Assembly: GCA_043817075.1 (NCBI GenBank)
Contig: JBDRHG010000014.1
Span: 21,989-85,988 of the forward strand
Length of the DNA stretch: 64,000 nt
Origin: an archaeon
GTDB taxonomy: Archaea; Nanobdellota; Nanobdellia; Woesearchaeales; JAADFO01
Reading direction: 5' to 3'
Shown here: positions 57,824-64,000 of the stretch, one piece after another
Layout: every line of letters starts with the position of its first letter
Numbering within the stretch: the first letter of the stretch is position 1
Translations under genes and position numbers: made by a program
Notes under the pieces: generated by a model
Told to the model about the DNA's origin: nothing
Database searches by the model: none
What the model saw: the letters and a program-made list of their open reading frames with translations, nothing else

Positions 57824-59267
57824 CCCGTCGGACTTCCATGACGTCGACGTCCTCCTTGACCGGAGAGATGTCAGAAACCGCGACGATGAGGTCGCCCCTG
57901 CGAAGCAGGCCTTTCTCTTTCAAGAGTTTCATGGCGTCCTCTGTCATCTCCTCGATGGTGTTCTCGTAGTTGGAGACGAAGGGTGTGACGCCCCAGATGA
58001 CAGCTGATTTCCTGCGGACGCCTTCATCAGGGACAAAGGAGTAGATCGGCGCGGTGGGCCGGTTTTTGGATACGAGACGGGACAGCTTTCCGGTATTGGT
58101 GAACACCAGGATGGCCTTGGCGCAGAGGCTCTCGGCGCTGATGCATGCATCCCTCGTGATCTCGTGCTTGACGCTCTTGACCTTGCCGTTCGTCTCGAGG
58201 TTCGGGACGGTCTCCCGCTCGACACGCAAGGCGATTCGCACCATGGTCTCGACCGAGGCGATCGGATATTTCCCTTTCGTGGTCTCGGCCGATAGCATGA
58301 GGCAGTCGGCGCCTTCGAACACCGCATTGGCCACGTCGGTGACCTCCGCCCTAGTGGGGCGGGGATGATGCACCATGGACTCGAGGAGATGGGTGGCGAC
58401 GATGACTGGCTTGGCATGCTTGATGCATTTCTTGGTGATGCTGCGCTGCACGATCGGGACGTCTTCGAGGGGGATTTCCACACCGAGGTCGCCGCGGGCG
58501 ATCATGATGCCGCTCGATGCCTCGATGATCTCATTGATGTTCTTGATGCCTTCAATATCCTCGATCTTCGATATGATGCGGGCATGCGCCTTTCTCTCCT
58601 TGAGGTGTTTGCGTAGCTGCACGACATCATCCTTGCTGCGCACGAAAGACATGGCGATGAAATCGACATCATGCTTGATGCCGAAATCGACATCGACGAG
58701 GTCCTTCTTGGTCAACGTCGGGGTGTTGATGTGGACGCCCGGGAGGTTGATGGCCTTACGGGAACCCAGCACGCCAGCGTTCTCCACACGGCAGGTGATC
58801 TGGTTGTTCGAGATGTCGGTGATCTCCGCACGGATGAGACCGTCGTCGATGAGTATGAAATCTCCGACCTTAACATCGTGGATGAGGTTCTCGTAATTGA
58901 CACTGGTCTGTATGACGCCTTCTCCCCCGATCTCTTTAGCCGACCCGACGCTGATGCGCAGCTTATCGCCCTCTTTGAGGTTGACATCCTCGGTTATCTT
59001 GCTGGTGCGGATCTCAGAACCTTGGGTATCAAGAAGGATTGCGATATTGCTGTCCTTCTCCTCGTTGATCTTGCGGACATTGTCGATGATCTCTTTGGCG
59101 GACTTGTGGGTCGCATGGGACATGTTGATGCGCACAACGCTCATCCCTGCGGCGGCCAGTTTCTCCAGCTGTTCTTTCGAACTGGTCACAGGTCCTATAG
59201 TCGCGATGATCTTCGTCTTCCGGGAAGGTTTGTCGGATGGCATTGTGGCATTGTTCATGGGGGACAC
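57816..59267 (-). CDS. pyk: pyruvate kinase
   Basis: [36 protein letters not shown] and [12 protein letters not shown]. Confidence 0.9.
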   Translation of the reverse strand: MSPMNNATMPSDKPSRKTKIIATIGPVTSSKEQLEKLAAAGMSVVRINMSHATHKSAKEIIDNVRKINEEKDSNIAILLDTQGSEIRTSKITEDVNLKEGDKLRISVGSAKEIGGEGVIQTSVNYENLIHDVKVGDFILIDDGLIRAEITDISNNQITCRVENAGVLGSRKAINLPGVHINTPTLTKKDLVDVDFGIKHDVDFIAMSFVRSKDDVVQLRKHLKERKAHARIISKIEDIEGIKNINEIIEASSGIMIARGDLGVEIPLEDVPIVQRSITKKCIKHAKPVIVATHLLESMVHHPRPTRAEVTDVANAVFEGADCLMLSAETTKGKYPIASVETMVRIALRVERETVPNLETNGKVKSVKHEITRDACISAESLCAKAILVFTNTGKLSRLVSKNRPTAPIYSFVPDEGVRRKSAVIWGVTPFVSNYENTIEEMTEDAMKLLKEKGLLRRGDLIVAVSDISPVKEDVDVMEVRRVT

Positions 59268-59541
59268 CTCGAGAATGATCGATGCGCGCAGCTCACAGGA
59301 TAAGCAGAATGACGACGGCCTTTACGGCCTTGATGGCTGCTGCGCGCGGCATGTGAAGAGTGATGCAACTCCCATATAAAAAGGTTTGTGCAATCATCCT
59401 ATTAGAGTAGTGAAATAGGTGGTTTCAAAAGGGACATTACTCACCTTTATGTCGCATTATGGATTTAAAGTACATAAGATATAAATATGGCTGCAAGTTC
59501 CATAACAAGTAGTCCCTAATGGTAACTTAGAGGTGAAGCTC

Positions 59542-59886
59542 ATGAAAAACAAAAACCATCGATGTCCAGTTGAGGCCACACTCTCTGTGATCGGCGGCAA
59601 ATGGAAGACAGTCATACTCTGGCATCTACAAGACAAGACCCTGCGTTTCGGCGAACTCAAGAGGCTCATCCCCGGCATCTCACAGAAAATGTTGACGCAA
59701 CAGCTGCGTGAGATGGAAGCGGACCTCCTAATCAACCGTAAAGTATATCCTCAGGTCCCTCCGAAAGTCGAGTACTCCCTGGCGATCCATGGCAAGAGCC
59801 TCAAACCCATCCTCGACGTGATGTCTGATTGGGGCAAGAAGCACATGGAGAAGGTCGGCGAATCCGTACCGGAAGAGAATTGCTGA
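59542..59886 (+). CDS. HxlR family transcriptional regulator
   Basis: [22 protein letters not shown]...[25 protein letters not shown]...[15 protein letters not shown]. Confidence 0.85.
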   Translation: MKNKNHRCPVEATLSVIGGKWKTVILWHLQDKTLRFGELKRLIPGISQKMLTQQLREMEADLLINRKVYPQVPPKVEYSLAIHGKSLKPILDVMSDWGKKHMEKVGESVPEENC

Positions 59887-59930
59887 CTCCGGTCGACCGA
59901 AGCCATCTTTTTCTTCTCTTCCTGTTTCAA

Positions 59931-59950
59931 TGAGCTGTTAGGTTAACGTC
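59931..59950. repeat. left terminal inverted repeat
   Basis: TGAGCTGTTAGGTTAACGTC, preceded by the target duplication TGTTTCAA. Confidence 0.8.
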
Positions 59951-60017
59951 ATCTTCTACCGATTTATTTTCAATAATATTTTTATAGTCGGGCCCCGTAC
60001 TCGAATTCGGAACTCAG

Positions 60018-60692
60018 ATGAAAGCCGACGAATTTCGGAAAAATGTACTTGTGGTATTGCCAAAACAGTACCGTCTCCTCTTGGGATGCTATTTAAAGAA
60101 TCCTCAGGCTTCGTACAAAGAGATTATCAATGATACTGGCATGAGTGCAGCTATCATTGCACATGCGAAGCATGATTGCATGAACTTGGGGTTCATGACA
60201 AATGGGTCGGGATGTAATGTCACGCCCACAGGTAATTTATTTTTAAAGTTACAATCTGACTCAAAAGAGGAGTGGGAGGCACTTCATGATAATGCACTCA
60301 AGATAGACTTGTTCCGAGAATTACATAGTGGTCTTGGCTCTAAGCCTAAGCGACATGAAATCTTCGGTGTCTTGAGGGCTAAAGCTCCAGAAAATTATGC
60401 AAAACGAATCATTCAACGAATTGTGAGACGATATTATCAGTATGTTATAGGTATAAAAGTCATGCCTAAGGGCCGCTCATTAAAACCTAACGAGATAGGG
60501 AATCAAACGACCATCAACATTGTCAAGTGGACAAATGATTGTGATGTATGGAGTTTTCTCGTTAAGAAATATCATCTATCAGGAGATGAACTCAAGCACA
60601 TCATTGAAGCATTTCCAAAGTTGGCAAAGAAGGAAATTGATGAAGAGATGCTTAATGAGCATATAAAAAAAAAATATGGGGAGCTGGTGTAG
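60018..60692 (+). CDS. hypothetical protein (possible N-terminal wHTH), transposon cargo
   Basis: 224-aa AT-rich ORF. No recognisable catalytic motif. The last 15 nt overlap the 5' end of tRNA-Thr. Confidence 0.5.
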   Translation: MKADEFRKNVLVVLPKQYRLLLGCYLKNPQASYKEIINDTGMSAAIIAHAKHDCMNLGFMTNGSGCNVTPTGNLFLKLQSDSKEEWEALHDNALKIDLFRELHSGLGSKPKRHEIFGVLRAKAPENYAKRIIQRIVRRYYQYVIGIKVMPKGRSLKPNEIGNQTTINIVKWTNDCDVWSFLVKKYHLSGDELKHIIEAFPKLAKKEIDEEMLNEHIKKKYGELV

Positions 60693-60748
60693 TGATAGCA
60701 TCCCGGCCTTGTGAGCCGGTGATCCGGGATCAAATCCCGGGCTCCCCA
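60678..60748 (+). tRNA. tRNA-Thr(UGU), atypical D and T loops
   Basis: GGGGAGC/GCUCCCC acceptor, anticodon arm CCGGC-CUUGUGA-GCCGG, T arm CCGGG-AUCAAAU-CCCGG. The D loop AGUGAUA lacks the usual GG, and position 54 is A. Confidence 0.75.
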
Positions 60749-60754
60749 TTTTTT

Positions 60755-60828
60755 GGGCTGGTCGTCTAATCTGGAAAGGACAGGTACCTACTGAGTGTCG
60801 AATCCGGGTTCAAATCCCGGCCAGCCCA
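60755..60828 (+). tRNA. type-I tRNA with anticodon ACU (Arg-UCU-like body)
   Basis: GGGCUGG/CCAGCCC acceptor, D arm GUCU-AAUCUGGAAA-GGAC, anticodon arm GGUAC-CUACUGA-GUGUC, 4-nt variable loop, T arm CCGGG-UUCAAAU-CCCGG. Followed by a TTTTTT run. Confidence 0.7.
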
Positions 60829-60998
60829 CCGTTTTTTAATATAAAATGCCAGTGACAGTGGAACCCAGATAAATGCCTAAGAAGCATTTAGTGGCTGTCA
60901 CCAACAAAAACATGTACGATAACTTAGTTTATATAGAATGGGTATAATTTGTAACGAATTGGTATAATATCTAATGTTTTGATATTTGAACTGTATTT

Positions 60999-61160
60999 TT
61001 AGTCTTTCTCAATGATGAGTTTCTCATCATGAATTTCTGCTTCGAGTTCTTGTCCTGTTTTCCACCCTAACTTCTCTATGAGTTTGTTTGGTATGACAAT
61101 CCAGTGTTTCTGGTATGCTTTGCCTTTGTATTCGCTGTGTTTTTGGCTTTGGAGCTTCAT
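60999..61160 (-). CDS. AbrB/SpoVT-type (swapped-hairpin) small DNA-binding protein, 53 aa
   Basis: Hand translation: MKLQSQKHSEYKGKAYQKHWIVIPNKLIEKLGWKTGQELEAEIHDEKLIIEKD*. The segment IVIPNKLIEKLGWKTGQELEAEI..EKLII fits the AbrB-domain pattern. Below the ORF-track length cutoff. Confidence 0.6.
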   Translation of the reverse strand: MKLQSQKHSEYKGKAYQKHWIVIPNKLIEKLGWKTGQELEAEIHDEKLIIEKD

Positions 61161-61165
61161 AATGT

Positions 61166-61270
61166 CTTTGGGTACCTTATTCCTTTAAATAGTTTTTGGT
61201 ACCCGAAACTATGTTTTAGGTACACAATATTTGGGTACCAAAATACTTATATAGTTTATTGGGTACCCAA
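61166..61270. promoter_or_regulatory. array of five GGTAC[CA] palindrome-centred motifs between the divergent AbrB-like and transposase genes
   Basis: TTTGGGTACCTTA (61171), TTTTGGTACCCGAAA (61198), TTTAGGTACACAA (61219), TTTGGGTACCAAAA (61234), TATTGGGTACCCAAA (61262). All lie within about 100 bp, and the last ends 8 nt before the transposase ATG. Confidence 0.55.
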
Positions 61271-61275
61271 ACTGT

Positions 61276-62184
61276 ATGAGTCAGCAAATAAGATGTATCC
61301 ACTGCAAAGCCACCAACTACACCAAGAAAGGCTTTCGCAAGACCGAGAACCGAGGAAAAATCCAGAAATACCAATGTACAGAGTGTGGTCAGTACTTCAC
61401 CAATGATGAAGGTTTCTACCGTATGCGAAACTGCGAGAAGATTGTCACGATGAGCGTTGATATGTACCTATCAAATCTGTCCTCTCGTAAGATGAGGAAT
61501 CAGTTAAAGCGACATATGGATACGAAGATAAGTCACGTCTCCGTCCTTGATTGGGTGCGTAAATACGTTCTGAAAGTCCAGCACTACATTGAGAAGTTCA
61601 CGCCGAAACTGTCCGGTAAGTTCTATGTGGACGAAACGGATATTCCGAGGGGTTGCAACACGAAAAAGAAGGGCGGTGACAAGTTCTGGTGTTGCGTCGA
61701 TTGGGAAACCAGATACATCAACGCCACCATGTACAGTCCGAAGAATCAAAGCGTAGCGGAAGCCACGAGGTTTCTTAAAAAGACTGTTAAGCATGGTAAA
61801 CCGAAATTCATCCAGACTGATGCGGCAAAGTTTTACCCTAAAGCCATGAGACGATGTTTCTCCACGAACACAACTAAGGGATTCACTATTGGCGGAGAGA
61901 AGCGAATAGGTGTTGAACACCGTATTAACAACGTCAGCAAGACCAAGAAGCATAACGTAAGAATAGAAACTGTGTTCTCAAAGATTAAAGATCGTGTGGA
62001 TGACTTCCGAGGAATCAAAGCCCTATGGAGTGCCCCAATACTTCTCGCAGGAATAGTCTTGCAACATAACTTTATCGAGGCCCACACCACGACAGGAGCA
62101 ATACCTTCAGAACTCGCAGGAATAGGTTATCAAACAGGAGAAAACAGATGGTTGGAACTTATTAGAGTTTCCGCTTATTCTTAA
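61276..62184 (+). CDS. DDE transposase with N-terminal zinc ribbon (IS6/IS240-like)
   Basis: Zinc ribbon CIHCKATNY...YQCTECGQYF. DDE candidates are FYVDETDI, FIQTDAAKFYPKA and NVRIETVFSKIKDR, with a LQHNFIEAH tail. The pattern is that of DDE_Tnp_IS240 as I recall it. Confidence 0.7.
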   Translation: MSQQIRCIHCKATNYTKKGFRKTENRGKIQKYQCTECGQYFTNDEGFYRMRNCEKIVTMSVDMYLSNLSSRKMRNQLKRHMDTKISHVSVLDWVRKYVLKVQHYIEKFTPKLSGKFYVDETDIPRGCNTKKKGGDKFWCCVDWETRYINATMYSPKNQSVAEATRFLKKTVKHGKPKFIQTDAAKFYPKAMRRCFSTNTTKGFTIGGEKRIGVEHRINNVSKTKKHNVRIETVFSKIKDRVDDFRGIKALWSAPILLAGIVLQHNFIEAHTTTGAIPSELAGIGYQTGENRWLELIRVSAYS

Positions 62185-62698
62185 TTTTTTTAGCGAGAAT
62201 AATGGATTTTCTCGCATTAAAAATTATGTGAACAATCATAAACAACAACGTCGATAACGCAATTATACTTAGAACAAGTATCACCAATGAGAATGATGCA
62301 AAAGAAAAACTAATTGAAAAATACACAGAAACGGCCAGATTAAAAATCATCAGATAAATAAAAAAAGTTTTGCAAAGAAATGGAAATGCCTTCGCTTTAC
62401 TCAGCCGATTAATCAAAGTTTTATCGGAAGTACTAATATTTCCACCATCCTTAAAACCATAAGAAATGATTAAATCATCACGAATTTTAATGTAAATGAT
62501 CGACACAAGGATAGACACAAATAATAAAATTCCATATGACAAAGAAGGCCACTTATTCGATAGAATCCACCCATACACAAATATCGGAGCATACACCCCA
62601 ATACCTCTAACAATCTTCTCAAAGTTAAGCAAATCAAGTATATCCATAGCTAACGCCAATACATATACATCGACCATATTTAAAGATTTGTTCTCCAT
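62162..62698 (-). CDS. hypothetical membrane protein, transposon cargo
   Basis: 178-aa very AT-rich ORF with 4-5 TM spans. Its 3' end overlaps the transposase 3' end by 23 nt. Confidence 0.5.
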   Translation of the reverse strand: MENKSLNMVDVYVLALAMDILDLLNFEKIVRGIGVYAPIFVYGWILSNKWPSLSYGILLFVSILVSIIYIKIRDDLIISYGFKDGGNISTSDKTLINRLSKAKAFPFLCKTFFIYLMIFNLAVSVYFSISFSFASFSLVILVLSIIALSTLLFMIVHIIFNARKSIILAKKIKNKRKL

Positions 62699-62734
62699 TC
62701 ACCAAAAACTATTACAATAAACGCCATCTCAGGT

Positions 62735-62754
62735 GACGTTTACTTAACAGCTCA
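62735..62754. repeat. right terminal inverted repeat
   Basis: GACGTTTACTTAACAGCTCA, followed by the target duplication TGTTTCAA. Confidence 0.8.
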
Positions 62755-62819
62755 TGTTTCAATAACCTTTAAATACCCTCTCCTGTTATCGTCCTCGCTA
62801 TGGCGCCGCAAAAAGAGAT

Positions 62820-64000
62820 GCCCAAAAGGTATGATCCGCTAGAGGCAGAACCACGCTGGCAGAAGCGATGGGAAGAAGAAGGGACATACCGATTCGATCC
62901 CGAATCCGACAAGCCAATATTCTCTATAGATACTCCCCCGCCGACGGTATCTGGCAAGATGCATATAGGCCATGCATTCTCATATTCACACCATGATTTC
63001 ATCGCGCGCTACAAGCGCATGCAGGGCCATAACCTGTTCTTCCCATTCGGCACCGACGACAACGGTCTGCCTACCGAGCGTCTCATCGAGAAGATGAAGA
63101 AGGTCCAAGCGAGCAAGATGGACCGAGAGGAGTTCCGCTCGTTGTGCGAAGACACATTGGAGAAGGAACTGCGGCCCAAATACATCGCGGACTGGAAGCG
63201 AATCGGCATGAGCGCGGATTGGTCGATATTCTACACCACGATCAGCAATCATTCCAGGACCATCTCGCAAAGGATGTTCCTCGAGCTTGCCAAGAAGGAA
63301 CGCGTCATCAGGAAATTCTCCCCGATCACCTTCTGCCCACACTGCAAGACCGCAATCGCCCAAGTCGAGATGGAAGACCAAGAGAAATCCACGACCCTCA
63401 ATTACATCAGAGGGAAGATGGATGGCGGAGACTTCATCATCTATGCAACGACGAGGCCCGAGCTCCATCCCGCCTGCATCGGCATATCGCTAAATCAGGA
63501 AGGCGACTATGTCCGGGTCAAACGCCCCGATGGGCAACATTGGATCATCGCCAAGGACGCCGTCGAGAAGATGCAGGACGAGTTCCCGATGGAGATCGTC
63601 AGCGAGATGAAAGGCAGCGAGCTCGTCGGCAAGTCCGTGGAGATCGCCTACGCCGCAAACCCGATCAGGATCAGCCACGACCAGTCGGCGGACACCGCAT
63701 ACGGGACCGGCATCGTCTACTATTGCTCGTACGGCGGACTCGATTGCGTAGAATGGCTCGACCGGCATCCCGACATTGAACCCATCCACATCATGGACCT
63801 CTCGGGGACGTACACCGCACCCAACAAGTATGCAGGGATGACCTCTGATGAAGCGCGGAAAGCGGTGTTAGAGGACCTCGAGAAAGACGGCCACCTCGTC
63901 AAGAAAGAGCAGCACAAGCACAGCACCAATGTGCATGAACGCTGCGGCACCCCGGTGGAGTATGTCGCACTCAAGCAATGGTTCATCAAGTATCTGGATC
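62820..64000 (+). CDS. valS: valine--tRNA ligase, N-terminal ~393 aa (runs off right edge)
   Basis: Hand translation from the ATG at 62820: MAPQKEMPKRYDPLEAEPRWQKRWEEEGTYRF...IDTPPPTVSGKMHIGHAFSYSHHDFIARYKRMQG...FPFGTDDNGLPTE. Has the class I HIGH motif and a ValRS-type N-terminus. Absent from the ORF track because there is no stop in the window. Confidence 0.8.

Larger units (their letters stand above)
59931..62754. mobile_element. 2,824-bp AT-rich transposon with 20-bp imperfect TIRs, flanked by 8-bp direct repeat TGTTTCAA, carrying two tRNA genes and four ORFs
   Basis: The left end is TGAGCTGTTAGGTTAACGTC. The right end reverse-complemented is TGAGCTGTTAAGTAAACGTC (18/20 identical). TGTTTCAA lies at 59923-59930 and 62755-62762. 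A DDE transposase is inside, with a sharp composition shift at both ends. Confidence 0.8.

Noticed and set aside
59293-59352. A 19-codon hydrophobic mini-ORF (MPRAAAIKAVKAVVILLIL) in the pyk leader.
   Set aside because: It is too short and has no ribosome-binding context or supporting structure. It is probably a chance ORF.
60018-60692. The ORF overlapping tRNA-Thr might be a split SSV-type integrase, whose att site lies within the int gene.
   Set aside because: It has no tyrosine-recombinase motifs (R..H-x-x-R..Y). The overlap is with the tRNA 5' end rather than the 3' half. The element boundaries are explained by TIRs plus an 8-bp duplication instead.
60755-60828. The odd cargo tRNA might be a pyrrolysine (CUA) suppressor tRNA, because CUA occurs in the loop string CCUACUG.
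   Set aside because: With the only stable 5-bp anticodon stem (GGUAC/GUGUC), the loop is CUACUGA, U33 precedes A, and the anticodon register is ACU. The molecule also has a normal D loop, variable loop and 5-bp anticodon stem, unlike tRNA-Pyl.

Overview
This window reads as an archaeal chromosome segment, probably Thermoplasmata or Methanomassiliicoccales-like; that lineage is an inference from gene content only. Supporting signs are CDP-archaeol synthase genes, RFC large subunit, archaeal-type GlyRS, BHB-type tRNA introns, and TATA boxes about 25 nt upstream of many start codons. GC looks roughly mid-50s % by eye; I did not compute it. Most of the window is housekeeping:
- a polar-lipid cluster (archaetidylserine synthase-like, carS, TVP38/DedA)
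- sufCBD-sufS-sufU
- a RecJ-like nuclease and rpiB
- a peroxiredoxin-SOD-ferritin block
- split nnrE/nnrD
- a 7-gene DAHP synthase-trpEGD(CF)BA operon
- a P-type ATPase, Kef and Trk potassium systems, a vWA protein, glyS, rfcL, pyk, and the 5' part of valS

Observations worth a second look:
1. A 2.8-kb AT-rich transposon (59931-62754) has 20-bp terminal inverted repeats and an 8-bp target duplication. It carries two tRNA genes, one with an ACU anticodon, plus an AbrB-like gene, an IS6-like transposase, and an array of GGTACC operator-like motifs.
2. A structured repeat family that mimics tRNA 3' ends sits next to two intron-containing tRNA genes.
3. A second carS paralog is translationally coupled to two large paralogous membrane proteins.
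4. A four-gene operon of unknown function ends in a 746-aa xylose-isomerase-like TIM-barrel protein with a very large insertion.
5. An asparagine-synthase/Dph6 fusion lies in the same window as a truncated dph2 remnant.
6. A dockerin-protein gene has its signal-peptide exon-like 5' end on the opposite strand, head-to-head with the rest of the gene.

All family assignments come from reading motifs by eye. No searches were run.
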